From Lama glama (lineage: Eukaryota), in contig CM052818.1 of NCBI GenBank assembly GCA_028534125.1, forward strand, positions 23,314,001 to 23,378,000: a stretch of 64,000 nt of DNA, written 5' to 3'. Positions within the stretch are counted from its first letter, which is position 1. Each line of letters starts with the position of its first letter. The position numbers and the translations under genes are program-made. The notes beneath the pieces were generated by a model. The model was not told the origin of the DNA. It did not search any database and saw nothing but the letters and a program-made list of their open reading frames with translations. Positions 23,151 through 35,800 of this stretch are shown in pieces.

Positions 23151-24984
23151 CTTTAAATGCTGCTTGTGTTAAAAAAAAAAAAAAGCTGCTTGTGCATCTG
23201 AATCACCTGGGGAGATTTCTTCTATACAGATTCTTCATCTTCCACCTGGAGTTTCGGTTTCCTTGGTCTGTGGTTCCCTCAGCACATCCTCATTGTTTAC
23301 AAGCTTCACAGGGATTCTGCTGGACTGTCAGGTTGAAGTCCGTGGGGGCACAGCCTTCCGATCTCTCTCTCCTGTGAATTTACACTGTCCACCCACGCCT
23401 TGTAAAGCCTCCCTCCCCAACCAGCCGAGCTGGAGCAGTGCAGCTGAGCCCCCTGCCTCTCCCTCACCTCCTCAGCCATCCTTCCACCTCCGAGGGATCC
23501 CAAGAGATGACTCACTCCAGTTCCTTTGCCCTGGGACACACACTCAGGGGCTGAGACGGACCTCCTCCTCACTCTGGGGTGTAGATGACGGTGGGTCTGA
23601 CTGTGGGGTGAGGCTGGTGCCAAGGAACCTGGAAGGAACTCTTCCTGGGGATGAGGGCAGGCAACGGGCACAACATACCCACTGGGGAGAGAAGGAGGAG
23701 CTAATGTGATCAGAGCCCCTGAATTTTCTCCCACGGCTGGAGTGACATTTCTGGAGAGATCAGACTGACATTGAAATTAAGAATTTGCAGATACTCAACA
23801 TTCTGTCTTCTCATTGCAGCAGATGAGCTAGTGACACTTCCCACTCCCCAACATTAGTGTACACACACACACACTCACACTCACACTCACACATCCCTCC
23901 CACTGAGTTTATAGTGTGCGTTAACTTATAATCTCTACATCAGTGAAGACAATAGAAAGCTTTAGAGATGCTGATGTCAGCAGGGTTGGAAGTTGAAAAG
24001 AGAAATGTAGGGGATTGTGGCCTTTTGAGCTGGTGACCAGGTGTCAGGTACAGTTAAGAAAAGGGGGTCAGGAGGCATGGGAACTTGATCAAAGTGGGAG
24101 GACTTGCAGGAGCTACCACTGAGGGGAATTTGCTCCTGTGGATTGTGGGAGGAAAAGACTTGATCAGGAAGTGCTAAGAGGCATGCAAGGGCAGAGCTGC
24201 AGAGGGATGAAGACCGAGCAAGACAGAATCCAGCAAGTTTGACAGTGAGATTTAAGCCTAAAGATTATGCCAATCAAGCCAGAGTTAAAGCATGGATGTG
24301 GTAACAAGAGGCTGATTGTTGGGGCTGGGTCAGGCAGGATTCGGCATCTGGCTGTTCTCCAGGCAGATTCCTCCCTGGGGACCTTGTGGAGTAACCATTT
24401 GGAGGTCTCACACGCAATAGCCAAGCACACAAAGGTACGTAAATACTTGAATGTGTGAGCAGCTGGAGGAAGCGATGGCCCCGGGGGGCTGGGGACTCTT
24501 AAATGGAGGCAGCAGGCCAGTCCAGGCTCAGTCTTGTCCTGGAAGCATCACTCTGTCTCCACTTGGAGGTTGTGGCAGCACTGGCTGGCTGGAACTCAAC
24601 TGGATCCTGGGGAAAAAACCACTTCCCATCCTCCTTAGGATCAACTGTCTCCCTGCCTGGTGTTTCTGAACTGGGAGCAGAAAGTTGCTCATGAGGTCAA
24701 GGTGGCTAGAGGTGGCCACATCTGACTAGGCAAGGCGCATGAGCGGTGGAGGAGAGGTTAGGGAGGAGAAGGGAGACCTTATAGGCTTCCTCACCTCCCC
24801 AGGGTTGCCCATCCCACTCACATCCAAGGCTGGCTGCATAGCCGCCCTCACATGCATGGAAGCCTTTGGAAATATCACAGTCCAACTAGACACTTCAGAA
24901 TATGCCACCTTGCTGTGTATCCACATACATCCACTCTCACACCTGCACACAATGCACATGAACAGACATATGCACACACAAGTT

Positions 24985-25300
24985 AGGACTCAGGGCCAAG
25001 GCAGGTCCAGTCCCTACTATGCTACTCATGAGCTGTGTGGCCTTGGGCAAGTTGCTTTACCTCTCTGGGCTAAAGTTGCCTCCTCTGAGAGAGAGTGAAG
25101 TGGGGTGGTCTCTGAAATCAGAAAATGTCAGAGCTGGACGAAAAGCAGGCATCATCTTCTTCCATCCCTTCATTCTACAGATGCACAATCGGAGACCAGA
25201 AGGAGCTCAGAGGGTACCACTCCTTCCATAGACCAGGGAGGAAACTGAGGCCCAGATAGGGAAAGGAAGTGACTTGTCCTGGGTTACTTTCATCCACGGA
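24985..25300. mobile_element. Back-to-back MIR (+) and MIR3/MIR (-) fragments
   Basis: ctgtgtggccttgggcaagttgctttacctctctgggc, then cttcattctacagatg...gaggaaactgaggcccagatagggaaaggaagtgacttgtcc. Confidence 0.65.
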
Positions 25301-26164
25301 CTCTACCCTGAGGAGCCAGGAGACTGTCTCCTCAGAAATCTCTTTAGTCTCATCCCTTTTCAAACTCCCAAAGCCAGACTGGAGAGAAAGGAGATGGTAG
25401 GTAGGTGGTGGAGAAATGAGAACACATGAGCTGTGAAGACCGACACTGGTTATTGGCGGGGTGAACTGGCAGGAGGCGTGAGCCTGTGGCTGTGGGCATG
25501 CTGTCTCTGCAGTGACTGGACTACAGGAGAGCAATTCTGTGTGCACACATTGGGGCCCGGAGGCAGTATTTGCTATGTGTGGGTACCAATGGATGTAACT
25601 GTGAGGTTTTGCAAGTGGCTGACATTACTATGTTCCAAATTGCTTGAGGTCAAAGTTTCAACCTTCTAAAATAGTTTTGTCCATGATCCCAAAGAACAAA
25701 GTCCACATTTTGTGTTTTTGGTGTATTCTCAGTCTGAGCCACCTAGCCCAAACAAGGAAGTTTAATCCAGATGTTTCCTGAGTAAGTTCCCATGGAGTGT
25801 TACTCCATTTCATAGAGGAGGGGTGGGTAGGATGCTTGTAAAGTACTGGGGTTGACCAAGGCAAGGAGTTTCCTTATAAGTGTAAGTCTTCTTAGGGCCT
25901 TGAAGTTTTGTGAATCTCCAGGTGAGGAGGGGGTGCGTAGCAACCCTCAAACCAGTGGACCATGAATCCTTTTCTTTGGGGCTTAGAATCTCAGGAAGAC
26001 AGAATTTTATAAACCACCCTTTAGAAAACAATGTTTAAGTCCTAAGCAGTTTTTGAGTCATAAGATTAAAAAAAGACTTTCTTATTTTCAGTAATAAAAA
26101 GCTTAACTTATGCAATTGATTTTAAGCAGCATTAAAAAAGATTGTATTCAAAGATGATGACTTT

Positions 26165-26658
26165 ACTTTTTTTTATTGAAGTATAGTCAGTTTACAATGT
26201 TGTGTCAATTTCTGGTGTACAGCACAAGGCTTCAGTCATACATGAATATACATATATTTGTTTTTTTATTCTTTTTCACCATAAGCTACTACAAGATATC
26301 AAATTTAGTTCCCTGTGCTATACAATATAAACTTGTTTATCTGTTTTATATATACCAGTCAGTATCTGCAAATTTCAAACTCCCACCCCTTCCCATCCTC
26401 TTCCCCTCTGGTAACCATAAGTTTGTTTTCCATGTCTGTGAGTCTGTTTCTGTTTTATAAATTAGTTCGTCTTTTTTTTTTTAGATTCCACATGTGAGTG
26501 ATATCATACAGTATTTTCCTTGCTTTTTATGGCTTACTTCACTTAGAAAGACATTCTCCAGGGCCATTCATGTTGCTACAAATGGCGTTATTTTATTATT
26601 TTTCATGGCCGAGTAGTATTCCATTGTATAAATATACCACAACTTCTTTATCCAGTCA
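26165..26658 (-). mobile_element. 5'-truncated young lineage-specific L1 with TSD
   Basis: T-tail, 3' UTR and ORF2 end similar to 48115-48620. TSD caaagatgatga(c/t)ttt at 26149-26164 and 26659-26674; TT/AAAA endonuclease site on the minus strand. Confidence 0.9.
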
Positions 26659-26809
26659 CAAAGATGATGATTTTAAGTAAATATCAAGACCCTGATATTT
26701 TTTCAGTGATCATTAACATTTGTGATGAGACAGCATAGGGTTTGTTCCTCATTCCTCTGATTGGTTTTAACACTCAATGTTTATTCTCGTATTAACTTGG
26801 AAATTTAGC

Positions 26810-27200
26810 ATGCATGTGTAACTTAAATTCTCCCATTAGTATTTGTACTCTTCTCCCCAAACAACTCAAGGACTTGAACGTGCTCTAACTCCAATCTTCC
26901 CTCCTGAGCTATATGCTTTTGCTGTCTAACATCTTAGTTTTGTCATATGTTTAGAAACCCCTAAATTAGACATTACAACTGTTGTTTTATATATTAGTGT
27001 TTGTATGGATTTGTTCACATGTTAACAACTCTGTTTGCTTTCTTCATTCCTTCTTGCATCTCAGATGTTTAAGTTTTCATCTTGAGGGTCTGTTGCTAAC
27101 AATTCTGCTTTGCTTTGACTATACTTTTCTTTATTTCACTTTACTCTAGAAGGAAAGTTTTGTTTGGTATTAAATCTAGGTGTTTTCTTTTTTAATCTCC
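26810..27200 (-). mobile_element. Old L1M fragment
   Basis: gtttgtatggatttgttcacatgtt...tttcttcattccttcttgcatctcag...ggtctgttgctaacaattctg...ttatttcactttactctagaagga. Confidence 0.55.
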
Positions 27201-27389
27201 AAAGTCTAACTCCTTCATCTATTAGGTGTGGACAGTAAATATCTTCTTTAATGACTACATCAAGAGGTTCTTGGAAGGACCAGATGGCATAATGACTAAA
27301 AAGCTTTCAGCAATAAATGTCAGATGTTTTGTTCGTTCTCTGCTCCATGAGAAAACTTTGAAAGTTGTGTAAGACAGAACTAACTTTCT

Positions 27390-27668
27390 CAGCGAATGGG
27401 CTCTTTGCCAAAATGTCCTTGCAGTGTTTCTTGACTTTATTTTCATTACTGTCCTTGTAAGGAGACTTCTTAGGTTATTTTTCCCTAATTACCCCTCCCC
27501 CATAAAATGTACTACTACAGATATACCGCATAGCCATTAGGCACTGTATGTGAATCTGTGCTTTATATACAAAAAGAATAAGGTTCTTTTGTCTCCCCAC
27601 TTCTCCTTCCCCTAAGAACCAATTTTTGCTCCGTTTGGGGGTCGCATCACCTATGTTGACAGTGCATG
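27390..27668 (+). mobile_element. MER96B-like hAT element
   Basis: Ends aagaaccaatttttgctccgtttgggggtcgcatcacctatgttgacagtgcatg; internal actgtatgtgaatctgtgctttatatacaaaaaga. Confidence 0.6.
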
Positions 27669-27709
27669 TCCTAGTGGCATTAGAAAATTGGCAGCATTTT
27701 TAAGCCACA

Positions 27710-27915
27710 GCATTGCCTAAGCATTAAGGATCAGGCTTCGGATTTGTGTAGATGTGGCCCTGAAACCCTGCTCTGGCACTGACCAGCTGCGGCACATTGG
27801 GCAGAAGTTACTTAACTTCTCTAAGCCTGTTTAGAGTTGAAATACGGTAACAGCCGTTACATGAGCATTTAATATCAGATCTGGAACACAGTAACTTTTC
27901 CATAAATGTTACTAG
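27710..27915 (+). mobile_element. MIR SINE
   Basis: aaccctgctctggcactgaccagctgcggcacattgggcagaagttacttaacttctctaagcct. Confidence 0.7.
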
Positions 27916-28300
27916 CAAACAGTTCCAAATGAGTCTATATTCTTTAACATTTCTCTTTTTGTCTTTTCATTACAAAACCAAACATACATGTTTTTAACGT
28001 ATTAAGGCATTAAAGAAAACTAAGTTATCCAATTCCACCCAACCCCCCACACCGTTAAAGGAAACTCCACGGAGGAAGAGCCTCTGAAGCTCCCTGGCTC
28101 AGTGGCCCAGGGGGAAGGAACACTCCCCAGGGGGGCCTGAGCGGAGCCCTGGGGCGCGGAGGCAGACAGAGTTCCTGGCTGACAGGTTTCCAGGGCAGCT
28201 ATGCAGAGGTTACCACCAACTCCAGCCTCCTCCGAATACAATGCAGGAAATTCCCCAAAGATCTGAAAGAAGTAGCCTGAAGAACTACCTTTGTCTAGGA

Positions 28301-28487
28301 CAGTGGTTCTCAAAATGTGTCCCTGGACCGGCGGCCCGTTAACATCACTGAAGAATATATTAAAGCTTCAAATATTTGGGTCCCCATTCAGTTCTACTGA
28401 ATCAGATCTTCTTGGTTTGGAGACCAATGTGAATTTTAACAAGCCCTCCAGGTAATTCTGAGGCCCTCTGACATTTGAGAACTATTG
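28301..28487 (+). mobile_element. MER5A hAT-Charlie MITE
   Basis: TIRs cagtggttctcaaa and tttgagaactattg; internal ctactgaatcaga and ttttaacaagccctccaggtaattctga. Confidence 0.85.
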
Positions 28488-29077
28488 CTCTGGAACAAGT
28501 GTTCCCTCCCACGATGTCTCCCAGAGGGCAGGGTTGCAAAAGTTTTGCTAAGAGAGGGGCCTGCAGAATCCCTCTGGAGGAGAACCAGGGTTGGAAGTTT
28601 CGAAGGCTTTGAGCCAGAAGTTAACTGTTGAATGCTTGAACATTCCTGGGAGACCACTATTATGGCTGGATTCTGTTCCAAAGAAGCTGTTACTTTGAGT
28701 TCAGTTTGCAGCTCGAATTTAAACACCAACAAAAACATGGCAGTGTGCTTGTGTATTGAGGATCTTTTTCTGCAGAATATTATGTTTTCTTTCTACATGA
28801 AACTCAAATGTCAAGCTCACGCTAATGTGTAGTTTAGATACAGGGTCTATTGTATGTTTTGGACCAAAATATTTCACTAGTCCAAGGCTAATTTTGAGCC
28901 GGTCAACCTAACCCAGTTATCAGAATGTTCTAAATTAGATGTCTAAAGTTAAGGCAGTTGAGCCAATAACAGAGTTTAATTTCTCTGCTTTGTTCTTTAC
29001 AACAAAAGAAAAAAAAAATCAGTGGGATATAAGCCACTCTCCTTCCACCAACTTCTAAACCTTGCAGAAGAGAGACT

Positions 29078-29570
29078 GGTCAGTTAAGAATTAGAACAGG
29101 CTATGTTCTAACAGGCTATGTATAACAGGAAACTCAAGATGGCAGTGGCTTATACACATAAGGGTTTTATTTTCTCACATCAAAGAAGTCTGGAGGAAGG
29201 CAGTTCAAGGCCCATGGTTATCAAGATTAAGCTCCTTTAATATTTCTGCCCCATCATCCTAGCTTGTGGCCGCCATCCTCAGTAAAAGTCACCTCACTCC
29301 CAGGAAGCAGGACTGAGGAAGAGGGAAAGGGGGAAGGGAAAAGGGGAGAAGGGAAAAGGGGGCCGGGGCTGCCTTCACTCTGCCTCCCAGGAAGTCCCAC
29401 ACAGAACTGTCTCTTACCTCTCATTGACCAGAAAGCTAGTTGCAAAGGAGTCTGGGAAATGTAGTTTTATTCCCAAAGGCAATGATCCCAGGTCTCAATC
29501 AGGGTTCTGTTACTAAGGAAGAAAGGGGGCTGGAGGGTGTAGTAAAGCAGAAAATAACCGGTGCCCTGTG
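29078..29570 (-). mobile_element. MaLR LTR (MLT1J-like)
   Basis: cagtggcttatacacataagggttttattttctcacatcaaagaagtctggagg...tctcattgaccagaa...tgcaaaggagtctgggaaatgtagtttt...gggttctgttactaaggaagaa. Confidence 0.75.
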
Positions 29571-30939
29571 TGAGACTGGTTCTATTGATGTACAGCGTCT
29601 TGCAGGAGCTGAGGAGAGGGCACTTTATAAGGGCTGAGACTTGGCAACAGCCTAAAGCAATAGCATCCACATAACCCTGAGACACAATCCTGCTCCTCCG
29701 CTTCTTCCAGGAGGGGAGAGAGGGACTCCCGTGCTGAGCTGTGCTCCAGGAGCATCTCCATCCATCCCCAGGAGGAAGACGCAGTCTTGGCCTCTCCCTC
29801 TCCTAATTCCCTGACAGCTTTGCAGATGATGTTTGCGTGCCCGCTCCCTCCATGTACGTATCTCAGATCCTCACTGCCCTTCCACTGTTTCTATTTGACA
29901 AATGAAGAAACTGAGGTTCAGGGAAGGTAAGCAGCATTCTTGGCTGCAGAGCTACATGTTAGAGCCAGGTGTCTCAGGGTCCCCTGTGTCGTGGTGGGTG
30001 CCCCTGACCTTCTTGGTCTCCTTCTATCTCCTGGCTGAGCCTGAGCCCTTAGACAAAGCTGCGGGGGGAGCTCTGCCAGGATTTCTGGGAAGCTTTAATG
30101 GGATAACAGTGCATCTGACAATAGGACAGTGTGTCTTTTCTGGAGTGTGGGGGGAGAGGTTACAGTTGAATAAGTTCTTCGGGGGCAAAGTGTGTGAGGG
30201 ATGGGGTAGATACAAGGGCAGAGGTGCTGAGGAACCCTTAGCTTTGGGGAGGGGCTGTCTGAGAGAGCCCCTCTGACAATACTGCTGAAGAGCAAAGTCA
30301 TCAGCCATTTCCAGTCCTATGTGGGCATCCTCTCTCAACTCCTTCCTCCCTGGGATGAAGGACACTCCTCCCACAGGTTGCTGGAGCTTTGGGCTTGTGG
30401 TCTGGGGGAAATCTGGAGCCAGGTGGATACTCTTGATCACAAGGATTTCACTTCCTGGTGATGTGAGTCTTTGGGCCTGGAGACTACTCAGTCTCAGTAA
30501 TCAAAGCCTTGGGCCTGGAGGGAGACTCAGCAGAATTGGGCTTTAAGAACTAGAATGTAGGAGGAGGGAATGGTTAAATGAATTCAGGTATGAAAGACTG
30601 TGCAGTAATTAAAAAGAAATAGAGATATAGACATAAAAAATCAGATGTACTGTAAAATGAAGAAAACAAGTTGTAGGCTAAATTAAAAAACATAATAGAA
30701 AATAACTTTCTTCCAAATGCACATGTATGAAAGTGTACCAAAAAGGTGCTTTGGGATTCTAGCAAACCAGTAACTGCCCTGACCATCACAGGGTTGTTGT
30801 GAGTGTTAAATGAGATCATATATGAAAACGCTTTGCAAAAGTTAAAGCAGGGCACGAGTGGAAGATACAGAATAAGAAACTATACTGTGCCATTACATTC
30901 TTGCCCTTGTTCGCAAAGTGAAATTGGAATAAGGAAGGA

Positions 30940-31140
30940 GAAAATTGAGAGTTTATTATAGGACAGACACTGTTCTCAGCATTTCTCATCATTACCTGCG
31001 TGCATTACAACCCTATGAAATAGGTATTATTATCATCCCTACTTCAGTTGAGGAACTAAAGAATTTTAAAGGTAATTTCCATGGTCATTCAGTTAGCAAG
31101 TTAGTCATAACTTGAACCCAGGTTCTGACTCCAGAGAGCT
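30940..31140 (-). mobile_element. MIR SINE
   Basis: acaaccctatgaaataggtattattatcatccctacttcagttgaggaactaaa...ttgaacccaggttctgactccagag. Confidence 0.75.
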
Positions 31141-31188
31141 GTTGTCAGTAGCGGTAACATGTTGAAGCACCTTGGACACATTCATAGT

Positions 31189-31190
31189 AA

Positions 31191-31239
<49 letters not shown>

Positions 31240-31345
31240 CTATAACTATATATATACACAGTAACTATATATACAACTATAACTCTATATATGAAAAATG
31301 TATATAAATATAAAAATATAAATATACATTTCTTATATATATTTT
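31189..31345. repeat. Poly-A / (TA)n microsatellite
   Basis: A run followed by (ta)n and degenerate aactat repeats. Confidence 0.9.
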
Positions 31346-31469
31346 ACCATCCTCTTCGTGCAGCAGTTTTGAGGAAGCCAAGATTTAAGCTTCCAATAAT
31401 AAGTATGTGAAACTGATTCTAAACACCATTGAAAACTTATTACAGACTTGTGCCAGGCAAAGGAGTAAT

Positions 31470-31640
31470 AGAAGCCAACATTTGCTCAGCATTTGCTGTG
31501 TGCAAGATACGCTTCTAAGTGCTTCACAAGCATTAATTTAATGCACACATTTTTGGCAGGAGGTACTATTGTCCCCGTTTTTCAGTTGGTAAAAGCGCTG
31601 CAGAGAGAGTTTAAATAACTTGCTCAATGCAAAGATGTTT
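31470..31640 (-). mobile_element. MIR SINE
   Basis: gccaacatttgctcagcatttgctgtgtgcaagatacgcttctaagtgcttcac...ggtactattgtccccgtttttcag. Confidence 0.7.
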
Positions 31641-31879
31641 AAAATACGGTCTCGACCCCAGTCCAATGTGGGAGTAATAAATAAAACAGTGCAATAAATG
31701 CTGCAGTGTGGTATTTACAAAGTTCCAAAGGCGCTCAGAGCGGACCAGTCCCCGCAAGGAGATGTGAAGACTTTGTGTGGGATCCTAGCAGGAGGAGGTG
31801 AGCGAAATTAGAGCACGTGGAAAGCCCTGGGAAAGAGTAACTGTGGCCCCAATGTAAAGTTCTGGGTCAGAACCCAGTC

Positions 31880-32530
31880 CGCTGCCCATTGCAGCGCCGG
31901 CAAAAACCTGGCAGCCGCTGTCTTTCGCAGAGTCCCAACCTACAGAAGCGAACGTTCTAGCAGGGGCCGCGTTCAGCCTCCGCTCGCGGCTGGGTCCACG
32001 AGGAGTCCGGCCTCGCCTTGGCCCACGTGACCGGCAAGCGGCAAACTGCGCTCCTGATAGGCTGAAGGGTAAGGGACCGCCTGGAAAGTAGAACGATGAT
32101 TGGTGGACACGTAAGAGGACTATCCGGATTGGTTACCGCCTTCTCCGTCGTACGCGGGCTGGGCAGAGACTCTTCACCTAGAGAATTTTTCAGGTAAAAA
32201 TGTCTGGAGCCCTCTGTACCCGCTACAGACTCCTGTGGAGACGTTCCATCAAGTGTCCGTCAATGCCCCTTAAGAGAATTATCCGGTCGTTCTTCCCGGC
32301 TGTTCCCGCGGTGAGCGCTGCGCAGTCACAGAGCTTCTGGTTGGCTGCTGTGGGATGGGGCGGGCTAGACCGGAGCCGCGCAGCGTGTGGCCGAGCCGGG
32401 TTTCTCGCCGTTCTCTCCAACCCAGGGCGGTCGGCGCCCCCAGGTGGTCTGAAGAGGTAACGCGTCTTCAGTCTCCGACTAGCTACTCGGAGGCTGTGCT
32501 TTGTTCGCTTGGCTCCCAGAACCGAAAGCC
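31880..32530. promoter_or_regulatory. CpG island / probable promoter (possibly bidirectional)
   Basis: Only non-repeat CpG-dense block in the window. USF/CLEAR-type E-box ccacgtgacc (32023-32032); ATTGG boxes at 32099 and 32128, plus variants ctgataggct (32054) and ctggttggct (32337); GC box ggggcggg (32357); + strand donors cag|gtaaaa (32193), gcg|gtgagc (32310), gag|gtaacg (32456); - strand donor tag|gtgaag (32178). Confidence 0.8.
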
Positions 32531-32599
32531 TTAAGGCCTAGAAAAAGACCTAGGTTCAAATGGAAATCGGCCATCCTGGTTGGGAGTGTAGGCTCTCAG

Positions 32600-33020
32600 G
32601 GCTGACTGCCTGTGCTCGGTTCCAGCTTTACACTTAAGTCAGTTTCCTTTCTTTCCTGCCTGGGTCTCATCTATGAAATGGGTCTCATCTGTAATACCAC
32701 CTCAGAGGATGAGTGTGCAGTTTCAGTTATTAATATGCTTAAGGTTCGCACAGTGCCAGGTACAAAATAGGTGTTTAATGAACGACAGCTGTGGACATCT
32801 GTGAACTGGTTAGGAATGAGTGTAGTGGAGTTTGAAAGACCAGCCATTAATTCCCAGATTACCTGATGTCTCTCTCTCTCTCTCTCTCTGTTTCCTCATC
32901 TGTAAATGGGACTAACAATAGCACCTGTTTAATGGGATTGTGGATTAATTGAGATGATACTGATAAAAATACCCAAATGTATAGTAGGCAGTAAATGCTG
33001 ACTCATGTTATTATTATCAT
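32600..33020 (+). mobile_element. Two MIR fragments with a (CT)n tract
   Basis: tctcatctgtaataccacctcagagg...cacagtgccaggtacaaaatagg; ctgtttcctcatctgtaaatgggactaacaatagcacct...gattaattgagatgat. Confidence 0.7.
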
Positions 33021-33519
33021 TTACTATTATGGTTACTATTTCCCTTCTTCCTTCCCCAGGCAAAAGGTCATTTTAGTCCACGTTGGACCCTCCAAAAGAG
33101 GAATAGTGGTTTACTTTGCCTGGAATTAGAGTCTGTAAATTTATGACATTCACATGTATGAAGACCAGACTTGGAAAATCTCAACATCACAGTCCTGCCC
33201 ATCTTTCCCATTACTCATTTAGGCACTGTATTTTTAAGCCCCAATTGGTGCCAGAGAAGAACATAACATTATAATCATTAACCCTTTGGTACAGAATTAG
33301 TTTACTGGAGTATCTTTTAAGTTGACTCTAGTGTTGAACAGTATTTTGAGGGCAGGGAACACAGAATGACATGTGCTGCTGGGGTAAGAGAAGGTGTCAA
33401 GGGTCTGAAAGTGAAGGACCTAAGTCAACCTACACTCGAGGTTGAGCCTGTGATGGGACTAATGATGGTGAAGTGTGTGGTGGGGTTTGGGTGCAGGGCA
33501 GCCTGGAATCCTTGTGAGT

Positions 33520-33725
33520 CATGGGAAGAGCACTGGACTGAGACTTAGAGGTTTGAAGTCTATTTATAACTCAGTCTCTCTGGCTGTGTGACTTTGGATG
33601 AGGCATTTATATTTTCTGATAATTAATTTCACAGTTAGTAAAATGGAAATGGATTCTCTTGATTGGTGCCTGGCACATAGCAAGCAGTCTATTACCATAC
33701 TAGTTATTGTTGTTATTATTGTTTT
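33520..33725 (+). mobile_element. MIR SINE
   Basis: ggaagagcactggactgagac...ggctgtgtgactttggatgagg...gtgcctggcacatagcaagc. Confidence 0.7.
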
Positions 33726-34479
33726 AATTCATCTTCAAAAGTAGGTTGAAGATTATGGAAAAATGCAGTCTGTTAAGTTTTTATATTCCAAGGATCATGT
33801 ATACCTGAGATCACCAAATTAGCAGTTGGGGCATTGGCAAGGATAGTCCACCTTGCCTTTTCCACTTTCTCCTTGTTACTTCCTCTTCCCTCTCTACTAA
33901 AAAGTCTGTTTAGCAAGGGAAGTCCCATAAGTGACCCAGTTTAATGAACTCTTCATAATTCTTTGCATGCCTCCCTACCTGCTATAAGTCTGACCACCTC
34001 CCATCATCTGTCCCACATACTCCTGTCCCTTTTGGCCTATAAGATGCGACTCTAGCTAGAGCTTAGGCCCTGTGCATGGTAATCTCCATGTACCTTGGCA
34101 GCCAGGATCCTGGGGGTCTTACTGGGGTGAATGACTTAGTAATGGGAAGCCTAAGGGTTGGGGTGGTACTTCTGGGAGCAGGTGTGATGGGGGTGGGTGG
34201 GTAGGACAGTTGACATCGTCTCCAGTCATCCAGCAATGATTTTTTTGGTGTGATCACTATATTCTGGTCACTCTGAGGTCTATATCTCTTCCATTCTGAA
34301 CATGTATGTAGAATACTTCTCAGTTAAAAATAAAAAAAGAAGCAGAATTTTTAGGGGGAAAATCTGGGGCTTTTGTGTTGGACAGACTTACATTCTGATC
34401 TAGTCCTTTACTGTGCGGTCTTAGACAAGTTGCTTATTTTCATAGTTTTCTTATTTATACAGTGAGGGCTAATGAGGAC

Positions 34480-34857
34480 AGTAATCAGCAGTGAAAAGGA
34501 ATGAAGTATTGACAGATGGAATAACATGGATGAATCTCAAAATAATCATACTGAGTATAGGATGGCAGGCATCACGATTACTCACTATATGATCTTACTT
34601 ATGTAAAGTATAATTTTATGATTATATTTATGATCTATTTAAATTCTAGAAACTGCACACTACTCTATAGCATCAGAAAGCAGACCAGTGGTTTTCTGGG
34701 GACAATCAACTGGAGAAGGGTGGAGGGAGGATTACAGAGGGCACAAGGAAACTTTTGTAGGTGATGGTTTTGTGGGTGTATACATATATCAAGACCTATT
34801 AAATTGTACACTTTAAATAAGTGTAGCTTATTATATGTCAGTGCCTCAATAAACTTA
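34480..34857 (+). mobile_element. Old LINE-1 3' end (L1MC/L1MD-like) between MIR pieces
   Basis: cagcagtgaaaaggaatgaagtattga...aacatggatgaatctcaaaataatcatactgagt...aaattgtacactttaaata...cctcaataaa. Confidence 0.8.
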
Positions 34858-35639
34858 TCAAAATGGGGATAATAAAATCTATTCATACATAGTTGTGATG
34901 TTTTACTGAAAAAAATGCTAAAGTTCCAGGAACACCACAAGCAATCAATAAAAGGTATTTTTTGTTTTCTCCCATTTTAAAAAAACAATATCAAAGCATT
35001 AGCTTTAGCATCATATACTTATATGACAAGGTCTGTAAGTGGGCACCAACACCTCAGATAATACAGGGTACAATTTTTCTGCCCTTTTTTGGGATTGTGG
35101 ATAATATATATATATATAGAGAGAGAGATTTGAGAGAGTCATTCTCTCAAATATATACATATGTATATTTAGAATTTGGATGAGCTAATCATGAGAGGAA
35201 CTTTGAACAGTGCCAGGCATGTAGTAAACACTGAAGTTTTGGGACTACTATTATCATTATTACAGATTTGACAGGCAGAACACAGAGTGATTGATCAGTA
35301 AGTATTGGTAGTAATTGCAATTATTCTGTTGCTAGATTCGATGGACAGGAAAGACTTGTTAAAAGATCAAGGAAGTTAATTTCAAAAAGAGTTTGCCTTT
35401 CCTGAGACTCCTTGATGGGGCTGGATTTTTACATTTGGTGACAAATTGTGACAGAAACCATATGGAAGAAATTTGGTTAATGTCTTTTTCAGGAATATAA
35501 TAACTCATCATAACTATTAATAAAGATAATATTGAAGATTTCTGATGTATTTACAGTGATCAGTGAGTTCAGATGGGAATAAATGGTCCTTAGTCCTAAC
35601 AAAGTGGTACTAACATTTGAGAGACATATCTTAGTGTTA

Positions 35640-35800
35640 GACATAAGCAGCTCTAGAGAAGCTTGTCAAAATGCAGATTTGTGATGCCTACCTATAAAGA
35701 TTCTGACTCAGTGACTCTGAGATGGGCTAGAATTCTGTATTTTAATGCGTATACCCAGTTGATTTTGTTACATTAGGCTGTAGACCATACTTGGTGAAGC
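35640..35800. mobile_element. MER5-family MITE
   Basis: gaagcttgtcaaaatgcagatt...agattctgactcagtgactctgagatgggc...tgtattttaa...agaccatacttgg. Confidence 0.65.

Noticed and set aside
32200..32460. 86-aa plus-strand and 65-aa minus-strand ORFs in the CpG island
   Set aside because: No recognisable homology; such ORFs are expected by chance in GC-rich promoter DNA.
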